Positions 50,464-60,235 of a stretch of 64,000 nt of DNA are shown here, one piece after another. Source of the DNA: Longimicrobiales bacterium (lineage in GTDB: Bacteria > Gemmatimonadota > Gemmatimonadetes > Longimicrobiales > Gaopeijiaceae); assembly GCA_028284495.1 (NCBI GenBank), contig JANQRP010000015.1, forward strand, positions 6,466 through 70,465. The letters run 5' to 3'. Position numbers and translations under genes: made by a program. Below the pieces are notes generated by a model. The model saw nothing but the letters and a program-made list of their open reading frames with translations. It searched no databases and was not told where the DNA came from. The first letter of the stretch is position 1; the number at the start of each line of letters is the position of its first letter.

Positions 50464-51189
50464 TCAGCGCCGCCGCAGCCCCCGCCGGCCGCGCTGCTCC
50501 AGATCCACCTCGAACACCTCGCCGTTCACGACGAGTTCGGCGAACTGCGTGCCGTCGAACGTGAGCGTCGCCTCGACCGAGCGCATCTCGTCGCCGTTCG
50601 GCCCGTTCGTGATCTCGACGGTGAGCGAGCGGGCGATCGTTCCGGACAGCGGCCATGGCCGGGTCTCGCGATCGACCGCGCGGACCACGTCGGTCGTGGC
50701 GGTGGTCCCGGCCAGAACGTAGCTGCGCGTACCATCCTCGTCGCTGGTCCGCACCCTCGAGCGGTCGTCGCTCCCGTCGCCGTTCCAGGTCCGCTGCGTC
50801 TCCTCCCCCTCGAGCCCGCTGACCGTCATGTCCCGCGAGCGGGCGAGCGTGAGCTGCATGTCGCCGCGGGAGGCGCTCCCTTCCGTCTCGGTGACGGTCC
50901 GGATCGCGGCGGTGAGCAGCGGGTCGTACCGATCCATCTCGGCCCCGTCGCCGTCGAGGTAGGTCCGGGTGCGGGTGCGCGTGAACTCGGCCTCCGTCGG
51001 CGACGGCCCACCGGGGACCGCGAAGTTCATCACCGAAAGGTCCTCGGCCACCGCGTCCGCGACGACGAGGGCCATGTCCCCCGCGAAGTCGAAGTCCGTC
51101 CCGTCGGGTCCCGCCGTGCTCTCGGAACACGCCGCCGCCGCGACGAGCGCCGTCAGCGCGCAGGTCGCGCGAAAGGTCGATTCCTTCAT
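50464..51189 (-). CDS. Hypothetical lipoprotein
   Basis: AAA-C lipobox, acaggggg RBS, beta-strand-rich sequence. Confidence 0.7.
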   Translation of the reverse strand: MKESTFRATCALTALVAAAACSESTAGPDGTDFDFAGDMALVVADAVAEDLSVMNFAVPGGPSPTEAEFTRTRTRTYLDGDGAEMDRYDPLLTAAIRTVTETEGSASRGDMQLTLARSRDMTVSGLEGEETQRTWNGDGSDDRSRVRTSDEDGTRSYVLAGTTATTDVVRAVDRETRPWPLSGTIARSLTVEITNGPNGDEMRSVEATLTFDGTQFAELVVNGEVFEVDLEQRGRRGLRRR

Positions 51190-51369
51190 CGTGGTATCCC
51201 CCTGTTCGTTGCCGGTTGTGGGCGCCGGTCGTGGGCGTCGGTCGCACGTGTCGACCGACTGCGGCCCGCACATCGCGGCCGCGTCGTTTCGTGACGGGCT
51301 CGTCCCGTCGCACGACCAACAGACGACGCAGCCATGGGAAGGCGTTAAACCACCCCACCACGGAACGCG

Positions 51370-51789
51370 CTATCGCGGGTACGTGCGGTCCATGTACGCG
51401 AGCGACTCTTCGGCGAGATCCTCGAGCACCGTGAGGTCGATGTCCTCGAGGCGGTTCACGTAGAGGCACGACTTCCCGGTCCTGTACTTGCCGAGATTCG
51501 CCATGATCTCCTCGTATCGGTCGAACCCCGGCATGATGTAGATCGTGAGCGACTGCTTGCGCGGCGAGCAGCCGATCCGTGGCCACGTGCCGGTGCGCCC
51601 CGAGTCGTACTCGTAGTCGTACGTCCCGAACCCGATGATGCTGCCTCCCCACATCGTCGGCTCCTCGCCGGTCAGGCGGGCGAGCATCTTCATCACGACG
51701 CGACAGTCCTCGCGGCGCTTCTCGTTCTCGACGGTGGCCAGGAACGCGTCGACGTCTCCGTCGTTCGGGCGGGTCTTCAGTTCGGCCAT
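51370..51789 (-). CDS. DUF1801 (YdhG-like) domain protein
   Basis: MAELKTRPNDGDV, PTMWGGSIIGFGTY.Y.Y.SGR.G, PRKQSLTIY, LGKYRTGKSCLY; ggagg RBS. Confidence 0.85.
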   Translation of the reverse strand: MAELKTRPNDGDVDAFLATVENEKRREDCRVVMKMLARLTGEEPTMWGGSIIGFGTYDYEYDSGRTGTWPRIGCSPRKQSLTIYIMPGFDRYEEIMANLGKYRTGKSCLYVNRLEDIDLTVLEDLAEESLAYMDRTYPR

Positions 51790-51829
51790 CTCACACCTCC
51801 ATTCAGGGCCCGTTCACGGCTGCGTGTCG

Positions 51830-52114
51830 TCAGGTGCGCTGGATCCGGATGCCGCCACAGGTACGCTCTCCATCGCGGCCCACGCGGATCGTGTCGACGG
51901 CGGCCGAGTCGGCGGCGTTCTCGGCCTCGACGTACCTGAGCTGACAGTCCGCCCATGGCGCGCCGATCCCGAGGAGCGAGCGCATGGCGATGACCAACAC
52001 GACGACGAGCACGAGGGTCACGGGGATCCACACGCGCTCCCACCCCTCGCGCGGCGCGAGGGGCGGGCCTTCCCGGGGCGGCACGTTCGGAGGACGTTCG
52101 GCGCCGTCGCTCAT
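51830..52114 (-). CDS. Small single-pass membrane protein
   Basis: One TM helix and two Cys in the C-terminal part; overlaps the upstream stop. Confidence 0.55.
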   Translation of the reverse strand: MSDGAERPPNVPPREGPPLAPREGWERVWIPVTLVLVVVLVIAMRSLLGIGAPWADCQLRYVEAENAADSAAVDTIRVGRDGERTCGGIRIQRT

Positions 52115-52575
52115 CGATTCTCACCTCGGGCCGTTCGCAACGCGGCGCGGTCCTCCCGGCGATGCACGAATCGGAGGCCGGACCAGTCCTCGTCGACCGC
52201 GCAGATCTTGTTGTCGACCAGACCTCTGTCGAGCCCGTGCGCCCGCACGTCGCCCTCGCGGAGCTCCCGGAAGAGCGGCGACTTCATCTTGGGCCAGCAG
52301 ACCCAGAGACCTCCGTCCACCTCGATGCGCTCGGCGAGCGGCTCGAAGTCGTCGACGAGCGTACCGATCTCGTCCGTGAAGAGGAGCACCACGTCGTACC
52401 GCTCCGTGCCGGCGGGATGCGCCGCGCTCGCGAGCGGTTCCAGGCGGACACCCGGAGGCAGGGGACCGAGAGTGTCGTTCAGATGATCGGGGGCGTGCCG
52501 GGTGCCCACGCGCGAGCCGTCCCGGATGCCGAGCTTCTTCGGCAGCGGCGTGCCCGAGTACCCCGCGCGGCTCAT
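52111..52575 (-). CDS. DUF3052-like protein
   Basis: AGYSGTPLPKKLGI, GGLWVCWPK, GLVDNKICAVDEDWSGLRFV. Confidence 0.8.
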   Translation of the reverse strand: MSRAGYSGTPLPKKLGIRDGSRVGTRHAPDHLNDTLGPLPPGVRLEPLASAAHPAGTERYDVVLLFTDEIGTLVDDFEPLAERIEVDGGLWVCWPKMKSPLFRELREGDVRAHGLDRGLVDNKICAVDEDWSGLRFVHRREDRAALRTARGENR

Positions 52576-53093
52576 CGGCGCCGGTAGGTGCCGTCGAACG
52601 CCGTGGTCCAAGTCTCGCCGCCGTCCGCGGTCGCCTGCCAGAGCTGCCGGACCGAACCGTCGTCGGCGGGCGTCCAGGTCACGCGGTTCAGCACTTCGGA
52701 TCCGTCGGGCTGGATGGTCGTGCCCTCGAGTACCATCGCCCCGTCGACCACTCCGCCCTCGAGCGTGAGCAGCGCCCCGTTCTGGTCGACCCACGTCTGG
52801 TGCCAGACGCCGCGACTCCGGTCGAAGACGTTGAAGCTCTCCCCGTGGTATCCCTGCGCATTCGTGTAGGACTCGTGCACGACGCAGTCGTTCATCTCGA
52901 GGGTGATGATGCTTTCGGCGACGAGCGTGCCGGCAGGGTTGAAGACGTCCCACTCGCCGACCCAGAGGTCGAACGCGCGGTGGGGCTCGCTGCTGCAGTC
53001 CGGCGGCGTCTGCTGCGCCGCGAGGGGACCCGCCAGGACGAGCGCCGACAGGACCAGGAGAGCGAAGCGAGGGCGGGAGACGGGAGCGTTCAT
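52572..53093 (-). CDS. Secreted beta-barrel-like hypothetical protein (DUF1579-like)
   Basis: Signal peptide; CSSEPHRAFDLWVGEWDV; W.QTWVDQNG; VRQLWQ..DGGETW...FDG.Y. Confidence 0.7.
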   Translation of the reverse strand: MNAPVSRPRFALLVLSALVLAGPLAAQQTPPDCSSEPHRAFDLWVGEWDVFNPAGTLVAESIITLEMNDCVVHESYTNAQGYHGESFNVFDRSRGVWHQTWVDQNGALLTLEGGVVDGAMVLEGTTIQPDGSEVLNRVTWTPADDGSVRQLWQATADGGETWTTAFDGTYRRR

Positions 53094-53152
53094 GCCTCGA
53101 AGTTCGGGCGCGCGCCCTGGTCGTGCCAGCCTCCGGCGTCCGCCGGAACGGT

Positions 53153-54682
53153 TCACAACTCGAGCGCGAGACGCACGTCCTCGTCCAGCTCGTCCATGGT
53201 GCCGCCCCGTGTCACCGCGCCCACGAACAGGAAGACGCCGAGCGAGAGCACGAGTGTCATCGCGCTCGCCGTGATCCCCTCGGGCACCGTGAGGAGTGGG
53301 TCGCCGGCGCCGCTCCAGGTCAGCAGTCCCAGCGCGAGACTCGACACCAGACCGGTGACGATACTTGCGACGGCGGCGGCACGCGTCGCCCCTGCCCAGT
53401 TCAGTCCGACCGCCAGCGCCGGCACCAGTGCCGAGGCCAGGAGCCCGTAGCCCGCGATGCCGAGAAGCGCCACGAGCGTACCGGACGTCTGGGCCACCAT
53501 CCCCGAGGCGACGGCGAGGGCGACGGTGGCGATCCGACCCGCGCGCAGCTCGTCGTGGAGCGGGCGCCCCAGGGCCGTCGGGATGTCGTGGGTGATCGCC
53601 GCCGCGCCGACGTTGAGGAAGGCGTCGACGGTGCTCATCATCGCGGCCGCGATCCCGCTGAACACCACGGCCGCGAGCAGCCGGGGCGTGTGCTGGAGCA
53701 GGAACAGCGGCGCGGCGTTGTCCTCGGGGTTCGGAACCGGCGCCTGACCGGTCACGACGAGCGCCTTGTAGGCGAGCCCCACGCCGAACATGAGCAGGAT
53801 CACGACCGTCATCGCGACCGTGACGAGCAGGGGGTACCACTTCAGGCGCCGCGGATCGCGAATCATGAAGAACTTGTGCATGACGTGTGGCTGGCCGACC
53901 ACGCCGATGCTGAACAGCAGATAGAGCGAGAGCGCCGCGATCGGGGTGAACGCGCCCCACGGGCTCATGAACTCGGGTTCCGCGACCATCAGCGTGGTCG
54001 AGATGTTGCCCAGGCCGCCGCCGCTGTCGAGCGCGTACAGGAACACCAGGACGCTCGCCACGGCCATGATGGTGCCCTGAAACACGTCCGTGTAGATGCC
54101 GGCGAGGATTCCGCCGGTCGCGGAGTACAGGAACACGACCGTCGTTCCGATCCAGATCCCCCAGCCGAGTCCGACCCCGAACAGCGCGTCGAGGACCAGC
54201 CCCAGCGCGAGCACGTTCGTGGCCATGTAGCCGACGATTCCCGCGAGCACCGCGACACCGGCCCACCCCTGAGCGCCGCGGCTCCCGAACCGCAGCCCGA
54301 TCGCGCCGGGGATGGAGAGTACCGGACGGACCTCTGCCAGCAGCCGGAGCCGCTTGGCGACGACCCAGACCGTGAAGGCGTTGGTCACCGAGGCCGGCAG
54401 GACGAAGAACATCGCGCCGAGGCCGGTGGCGAAGAGCAGGCCGGGCCCCCCGATGAACGTGAACCCCGAGAAGGTCGACGCCATCGCGGCGAGCGTGAGC
54501 GCGATGAGTCCGATGCCCTTTCCGGCCAGGTAGAAGTCTTCCCGCGTCCGGGTCCGGCGCCCGGCCCAGACCGCGATCATCGCGACCACCGCGAAGTACG
54601 CGAGGCCCACGCCGATCACGAGTGGCGAGGCGGCGGAGGGCAGTTCTCCGGTCTGGGCGGCCGGAATCAGCGCGACGGTCAT
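53153..54682 (-). CDS. Sodium:solute symporter family transporter (PutP/PanF-like)
   Basis: DFYLAGKGIG, STFSGFTFIGGPG, YSATGGILAGIYTDVFQG, GQPHV..KFF, AAMMSTVD; about 13 TM helices. Confidence 0.9.
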   Translation of the reverse strand: MTVALIPAAQTGELPSAASPLVIGVGLAYFAVVAMIAVWAGRRTRTREDFYLAGKGIGLIALTLAAMASTFSGFTFIGGPGLLFATGLGAMFFVLPASVTNAFTVWVVAKRLRLLAEVRPVLSIPGAIGLRFGSRGAQGWAGVAVLAGIVGYMATNVLALGLVLDALFGVGLGWGIWIGTTVVFLYSATGGILAGIYTDVFQGTIMAVASVLVFLYALDSGGGLGNISTTLMVAEPEFMSPWGAFTPIAALSLYLLFSIGVVGQPHVMHKFFMIRDPRRLKWYPLLVTVAMTVVILLMFGVGLAYKALVVTGQAPVPNPEDNAAPLFLLQHTPRLLAAVVFSGIAAAMMSTVDAFLNVGAAAITHDIPTALGRPLHDELRAGRIATVALAVASGMVAQTSGTLVALLGIAGYGLLASALVPALAVGLNWAGATRAAAVASIVTGLVSSLALGLLTWSGAGDPLLTVPEGITASAMTLVLSLGVFLFVGAVTRGGTMDELDEDVRLALEL

Positions 54683-55176
54683 TGGTCGTCCACCGCCGCG
54701 TCGCCCACCTGCGGCGGCCCGGGCTCGCCCTCCTTCCACGCGACCCGCCGACGGGCTTCGTGCAGTCGCTCGAGCGCGTCGTCCGACAGCGTGGCGGATC
54801 GGAAGAGGATGGCCCAGGCGAGCGGAAGGAAGAGCGCCGGGCTCAACCCCAGCACGTAGATCATCCAGGCGGCGGGGAGGGGGAGCCCCCAGAAGAAGGG
54901 AGTCTCGAGGTCGGAGGGTGTGCTCCAGAGGATCCCGAGGAATCCGATGCCGACCCAGAGGGCCGTCCCGGCGAAGACGAACCGAACCGCCGCCGGCCGG
55001 CCGTCGCGCCGGCCCGCTCCCAGGTCGAGGAAGCCGAACAGAAGGAGGCAGATGCCGGCCGCGACACTCCACGCGGGCCAGGCCGGGGCGGGCCCGGGCA
55101 GAAGTACGGCGCCGTACGCGGCGGCGACGGCAAGCAGCCCCGTCACCAGCGAGGTCAGCCCGACGGTCGGTCGCAT
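54679..55176 (-). CDS. Membrane protein coupled to the SSS transporter
   Basis: Four hydrophobic segments; stop overlaps the SSS start (ATGA). Confidence 0.7.
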   Translation of the reverse strand: MRPTVGLTSLVTGLLAVAAAYGAVLLPGPAPAWPAWSVAAGICLLLFGFLDLGAGRRDGRPAAVRFVFAGTALWVGIGFLGILWSTPSDLETPFFWGLPLPAAWMIYVLGLSPALFLPLAWAILFRSATLSDDALERLHEARRRVAWKEGEPGPPQVGDAAVDDQ

Positions 55177-55210
55177 CAGGCCGGAACGCCCCGGGGGAGC
55201 GGGCCTTCGA

Positions 55211-56233
55211 TCAGGCCGCGTCCTCGCAGCGGAAGGTGTTCAGGATGGTCTGAAGCTGGATCATGTACTCGTACTTCTCCTTGCCGGGCGCGTACAGCCA
55301 GGCGTCGATCACGTACATGCGGTTCTGAGCCGGGCAGCTGATCGCTCGCAGGATGAACGGGCCTCCCGCCGGCCATCCCGCGTCCGGCGTGTTGGTCCAC
55401 GCCGCCTGGATCTCGTAGGCCTGCAGGTTCCCAAGACGGGCCGGGCCCGCCTGTGCACCAGCCAGATCCACGAGCTGCGGCTCGGAGTAGTGCTCGGCCG
55501 CGACGGCGGCCCGGACCTCGAGCATCTGCTCCGCCTGGAACTCCTCGGCCGGCGGAATCGGCGAGCGCCACGTGACCGCGATCTGGCGGATGAGTTCCGA
55601 GGGATCGGGGTTGTCGTTCCGGAAGACGAACACCGAGTCGCGGCGATCCCAGTAGTAGACCTGCGGCAGCAGGAGGCTGAAGCCGTGCTCGGTCCGGAGG
55701 GTGTCCGCGAGCGCTGAGTCCGCACCCGACACGAACATCTTCTGGCGCGCCCACCGCCGGTACTGGTCGTCGTAGAGGGCCGAGAGCTCCGGCAGCCGCG
55801 CCCTCACGCCGGCCGCGGCACCGTCCTCGGGCGTGACCAGGATCGTGACCATCTGGTTCCGCGCCCAGACATCGTCGGTCTGGAGGATCTGCGGGGGGGT
55901 GATTTCGCCCGCGTCGTCGACTTCGTCGAGGGCCTCCGCGACGTACGGATCCGAGGCGGGTCCAACCAGCAGCAGCTGTCGGAACTTCCGCATGTTGCCC
56001 CAGATGCCGTCCCCCGGCACGGCGTGGGTCACGGTGAACGCCTTCTCCTCCGTCACGGTGAACACCGTCGGCTCGAGCGCCTCGAACACCGACGCCTCGA
56101 CCTCGGTCCAGAGCTCGGGATCGACGGCAGCGACGATGCTGTTCGGGTCGCCCCAGGCGCCGACCTGGTCACCGCAGGCCGTCACGGAGGCCAGAAGGGG
56201 GAGCGCGAGCGCGAGTCCGATGAGACGCTTCAT
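55211..56233 (-). CDS. DUF4837-like lipoprotein
   Basis: VTA-C lipobox; DDVWARNQMV; GGPF...YVIDAWLYAPGKEKYEY..QL. Confidence 0.75.
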   Translation of the reverse strand: MKRLIGLALALPLLASVTACGDQVGAWGDPNSIVAAVDPELWTEVEASVFEALEPTVFTVTEEKAFTVTHAVPGDGIWGNMRKFRQLLLVGPASDPYVAEALDEVDDAGEITPPQILQTDDVWARNQMVTILVTPEDGAAAGVRARLPELSALYDDQYRRWARQKMFVSGADSALADTLRTEHGFSLLLPQVYYWDRRDSVFVFRNDNPDPSELIRQIAVTWRSPIPPAEEFQAEQMLEVRAAVAAEHYSEPQLVDLAGAQAGPARLGNLQAYEIQAAWTNTPDAGWPAGGPFILRAISCPAQNRMYVIDAWLYAPGKEKYEYMIQLQTILNTFRCEDAA

Positions 56234-56288
56234 GGGGATCCGTCGTCGGGGTGGGGCGCGCCGTGGTGGGTCCCGGCGCACGTGGATT

Positions 56289-58409
56289 CTACGCGGCCGC
56301 GGGTCCGAGGTTTCGCTCGATCAGTGCCTCGAGATCGGGGTCGCGGCCCATGAACTCGCGGAAGAGCTCCTCGGGCGGCGCGCTGTCGCCTCGACTGAGG
56401 ATGGCCCGGACGTATTCGCGGCCGACGTCGCGGTCGAACACGCCCTCCGATCGGAACCGGGTGAACGCGTCCGCATCGAGCACCTCGGCCCAGAGATAGC
56501 TGTAGTAGCCCGCCGCGTATCCGCCGCTGAAGAGGTGGGTGAAGGCGGTGAAGTTCTGGGCCCGTGCGAAGTCGGTGCGGATCGAGAACGGTTCGAGCCG
56601 CTCCTGCACGAACGCGACGACGTCCGCCGGCCCGGCGTCGGACGCGGTGGGCGCGAAGTCCGTGTGGAGATCCAGATCGACGGAACCGAAGGAGATCTGG
56701 CGCATCTGGGCCCAGCCGCCCATGAACCGGCGAGCCCGCTCCATCCGCTCGAACAGCTCGTCCGGGAGCGGATCGCCCGTCTGCCAGTGTCGTGCGAACA
56801 CGGAGAGGGCTTCACGCTCGAGCGTCCAGTTCTCCATCAGCTGGCTGGGCAGCTCCACGAAGTCCCACGCCACGTTGATACCGGCGCGCGCCCTGACCCG
56901 GACGTCCGAGGTGCAGTGGTGAAGAAGGTGCCCGAACTCGTGGAAGATCGTCTGCACCTCGCGGTGCGTGAGCAGCGCCGGCGCATCGCCGTCGGCGGGC
57001 GTGAAGTTTCCGCAGATGACCCCGAGGTGCGGGTCGAATCCGCCGTCCTCCCGCGGTCCGCCGGTGATGAAGCTGTTCATCCACGCACCCTGCCGCTTCT
57101 CGGGCCGCGGGAACCAGTCGGTATAGAACGAGCCGCGATGGACGCCCGACTCGTCGCGGATCTCGAAGTAGTGGACGTCCGGATGCCACACCGCCTCGTT
57201 CTCCGCGGCACTGATCGTGAAGCCGAACACGCGCTCGACGATCTCGAACAGTCCCTCCATGACCGCATCGAGCGGGAAGTAGGGCCGGAGATCCTCGTCG
57301 TCGAGGTCGAAGCGGGCCTTACGGAGTCGCTCGGACACGAACGAGACGTCCCACGGCTGGATCTGGTCGATGCCGAGTTCCCTCGCGTGGGCCTCGAGCG
57401 CGTCGGCGTCGGACCGCCAGTAGGGCCGTGTGCGCTCCGCGAGCTCGCGTTCGAACTCCTGCGCGGTCCGCCCCGTACGCGCCATCCGCTCCTCGAGCCG
57501 GTAGTCGGGGAAGCTCTCGAAGCCGAGCATGCCCGCGAGGCGGTGACGGAGCTCGAGGATCTCCACGATCAACCCGCGGTTGTCGAACTCCCCGTCCCGG
57601 CAGCGCGTGGTGTAGGCCTCGTGGATGCGCTGGCGCAGCTCACGGCTCTCGGCGTGCTTGAGGACTGCCTCGACCGACGGAAAATCGAGGGTGACGACCC
57701 AGGCGTCGCCGTCCACGCCACGGTCTTCGGCCGATCTGCGGTACCTGCGCTTCGCGGGCTCGGGCACCCCGGCCAGCTCACGCTCGTCGTGGATCACGTG
57801 CTCGTAGGCAGCCGTCGCGTCGAGCACGTGCTCCGCGAAGTTCTGCTCGAGCCGCGCGAGGCGAACCTTCAACTCCTCGAGCTCGCTTCGCTCGTCGTCG
57901 GAGAGGTCGGCGCCGGCCCGACGGAACGCTCGCACCGTCTTCTCGAGGTGGCGGCGGCGGACGGGGTCCAGACCCTCGGCCTCGCTCGTGGCGGCGAAGG
58001 CCTTCACCCGCGCCCAGAGGCCGGGGTGGAGCTCGAGTCGAGACCAGAACGAGGTGATCGTCGGCAGCACCGCGTTGTAGGCGGCGCGCAGCTCCGCCGT
58101 CTCGGCTACCGACACGAGATGGCCGACCGGCGCCAGGCGCTCGGAAACGTCGAGCGCGAGGTCATCGAGCGGACCCATCACGGTGTCCCACGTGGGGGCG
58201 CGCGAGTCGGCGGCGATCTCGGCGACCCTCGCCTCCCCGGCGTCGAGCACGGACCGGGTCGCGGACTCGACGTGCTCGGCCTCGATGCGATCGAACGGGA
58301 TCCTGAAGACCCGATCGAGCAGGGGGTTCTCCGGCTCGGTCGCCGCCCCTCCCGCCGCCCCTCCCACCGCGGAAGGGCCGCTCGATGCGGATAGGTTGCC
58401 TTCGGTCAC
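56289..58409 (-). CDS. prlC: M3 family metallopeptidase (oligopeptidase A)
   Basis: NPLL, RPEKRQGAWM, QTIFHEFGHLLH (HExxH), WDFVELPSQLMENW, HLFSGGYAAGYYSYLWAEVLDADAF; start approximate. Confidence 0.92.
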   Translation of the reverse strand: MTEGNLSASSGPSAVGGAAGGAATEPENPLLDRVFRIPFDRIEAEHVESATRSVLDAGEARVAEIAADSRAPTWDTVMGPLDDLALDVSERLAPVGHLVSVAETAELRAAYNAVLPTITSFWSRLELHPGLWARVKAFAATSEAEGLDPVRRRHLEKTVRAFRRAGADLSDDERSELEELKVRLARLEQNFAEHVLDATAAYEHVIHDERELAGVPEPAKRRYRRSAEDRGVDGDAWVVTLDFPSVEAVLKHAESRELRQRIHEAYTTRCRDGEFDNRGLIVEILELRHRLAGMLGFESFPDYRLEERMARTGRTAQEFERELAERTRPYWRSDADALEAHARELGIDQIQPWDVSFVSERLRKARFDLDDEDLRPYFPLDAVMEGLFEIVERVFGFTISAAENEAVWHPDVHYFEIRDESGVHRGSFYTDWFPRPEKRQGAWMNSFITGGPREDGGFDPHLGVICGNFTPADGDAPALLTHREVQTIFHEFGHLLHHCTSDVRVRARAGINVAWDFVELPSQLMENWTLEREALSVFARHWQTGDPLPDELFERMERARRFMGGWAQMRQISFGSVDLDLHTDFAPTASDAGPADVVAFVQERLEPFSIRTDFARAQNFTAFTHLFSGGYAAGYYSYLWAEVLDADAFTRFRSEGVFDRDVGREYVRAILSRGDSAPPEELFREFMGRDPDLEALIERNLGPAAA

Positions 58410-58504
58410 CACGCTCTCCGATGTCGAAACGCTGGATTCATCACCCCTGTTGGATAAACTCTTGCAGCCTGGTGAGAAAGAGCCGCGTGTGAAAGACGGC
58501 TCGC

Positions 58505-59389
58505 TCAGCGTGCCAGAGTGCGGCCGACCCGGACCTCGGTTCCGGGCGTGATCGCCGCCTCCGGCCGCGGGCCCGACGGGACGAGGAGCACGACGGTGGA
58601 CCCGAGGTGAAACGCCATGAGCTCGTCGCCGGTCGACACCTCGGGCGGGTCGGGATAGCGACGCTCGGTGAGCCCGGCGCCTCGCCGATTGGTTACGCCC
58701 GCGTTCGGTCCCCCCGCCCACTCCGGGTCGAAGGTCGCCGAGATCCGACCGACGTTCATCGCGCCGACCGCCACCAGGGCGACCCCTCCCACATCACTGT
58801 CGATCGAGCACACGAGCCGCTCGTTCCGGGCGAAGAGGTGCGCGACCTCCGTCACCGCCGCGGGGTGCACCGGGAACAGCCGTCCGGGGACGTGACGCGC
58901 CGACACGACATGTCCGGCGACCGGCGTGTGGATCCGGTGGTAGTGGCGCGGCGAGAGATAGATGGTGATGAACAGGCCACCCTCGAACCGCGGCGCCTGG
59001 TCCTCGTCGGCGAGGAGCGCACCGACGGTGTAGTGACGCCCCTTGGCCTGCACGAGGCGGCCGTCCGTGACGACACCGACCTCCCCGATCACACCGTCGA
59101 CCGGAGAGGCCACGATGCCCGGACCCGGCTCCCACGTGCGAAGACCCGGTCTGAGCGCCCGCGTGAACAACTCGTCGAAGGATCCGAATGCCTCCACGGG
59201 GCGTGCGGCCTCGTCCATGCGAATGCCGGTGGCTCGCACGAACCCTCCGAGCATCGGGCGCCGGAGCGGGCGCGGGATCGGGATCCGGGCGGCGGCGCCG
59301 ACCAGGCGGCTCGCCATTCCCTGGGGCGTGAACCGGAGCCCCCACAGCAGCGCGCGCCAAGGGAGGCTCGCGCGGGGGGTGTCAGTCAA
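58505..59389 (-). CDS. psd: Phosphatidylserine decarboxylase proenzyme
   Basis: FTRALRPG.R, SPVDG, QAKGRHY, YLSPRHYHRIH, NERL, VGAMNVG, FHLGSTVVLL (LGST self-cleavage site). Confidence 0.93.
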   Translation of the reverse strand: MTDTPRASLPWRALLWGLRFTPQGMASRLVGAAARIPIPRPLRRPMLGGFVRATGIRMDEAARPVEAFGSFDELFTRALRPGLRTWEPGPGIVASPVDGVIGEVGVVTDGRLVQAKGRHYTVGALLADEDQAPRFEGGLFITIYLSPRHYHRIHTPVAGHVVSARHVPGRLFPVHPAAVTEVAHLFARNERLVCSIDSDVGGVALVAVGAMNVGRISATFDPEWAGGPNAGVTNRRGAGLTERRYPDPPEVSTGDELMAFHLGSTVVLLVPSGPRPEAAITPGTEVRVGRTLAR

Positions 59390-59726
59390 CCTCGTCGGCT
59401 CCGGTGGTCCAACGGTGGCGCGAAAGATCGACCCGCCCGTCCACGTCGAATCCGACGTCCTCCTTCTCGAGAAGCGTTCGCTGAAGCGACCGGAGCCCGA
59501 GGTGGGACGGAATGGTGAGAGCGCCCGAGCGATTCACCACGCGCCACCACGGCAGATCGGCTTCCATGCGTCCCGACAGCACCGCGCCGACGCCCCTCGC
59601 CGCGCGGGGGCTTCCGCACACCGCCGCCACTTCGCCGTAGGTGGCGACGCACCCCTCGGGAATCGATCGCACCGCGGCGATGACGCGCTCCGAAAAGGGA
59701 GGCGAACTCGGGCTCGGCTTCGGCAT
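59382..59726 (-). CDS. Alkyltransferase-like (ATL) protein, MGMT family
   Basis: IPEGCVATYGEVA, AARGVG, LPWWRVVN (Trp in place of the catalytic Cys of PCHR), Q..LLEKE.V. Confidence 0.88.
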   Translation of the reverse strand: MPKPSPSSPPFSERVIAAVRSIPEGCVATYGEVAAVCGSPRAARGVGAVLSGRMEADLPWWRVVNRSGALTIPSHLGLRSLQRTLLEKEDVGFDVDGRVDLSRHRWTTGADEVD

Positions 59727-59901
59727 ACCCAACTGTATACCCGAGGCCCGTGAAGGGTCGAGTCGGGCCCACCCGAGGGCCGGTCGAATCGAAGAGGATT
59801 GACCGGAGGCGCCGCGTGTCGAAGAATCGCCACGTCCGCCCACGCCCGGCCGCTCGACCACCACCGGGCCGCGAGCATCAACCCAACCTCCGAGGGACGA
59901 A

Positions 59902-60135
59902 ATGGACCGCTGGGACGCAGTCGAGACCGGGACCGTCGTGGCCGCCGACTGGGACGACGACGACGACTGGGAAGAAAAGGCCTGGGAGGAGTCCGACGAC
60001 GACGAGGACGACGACTGGGACGACGATGACGACGACGGCGACTGGGATGACGAGGACGGCGACGACGAGGACGGCGACGACGACGAGGACGAAGGCTGGG
60101 AGGACGACGAGGACGAGGACTGGGACGACGAGTGA
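59902..60135 (+). CDS. Extremely acidic (D/E/W-rich) small protein
   Basis: gaggga RBS, ATG, in-frame GAC/GAG codons with periodic Trp; followed by a strong hairpin. Confidence 0.65.
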   Translation: MDRWDAVETGTVVAADWDDDDDWEEKAWEESDDDEDDDWDDDDDDGDWDDEDGDDEDGDDDEDEGWEDDEDEDWDDE

Positions 60136-60172
60136 GGGGGGCGACTCGGCCGGCCCTCGACCCCGAAACGAC

Positions 60173-60208
60173 CCGAGGGGCAGATCGCGTCGGCGACCTG
60201 CCCCTCGG
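60173..60208. terminator. Hairpin between the convergent acidic protein and TonB receptor genes
   Basis: Perfect 11-bp stem ccgaggggcag / ctgcccctcgg. Confidence 0.65.
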
Positions 60209-60235
60209 TTCACTTCGAAATGCGGCGAACGTGGA

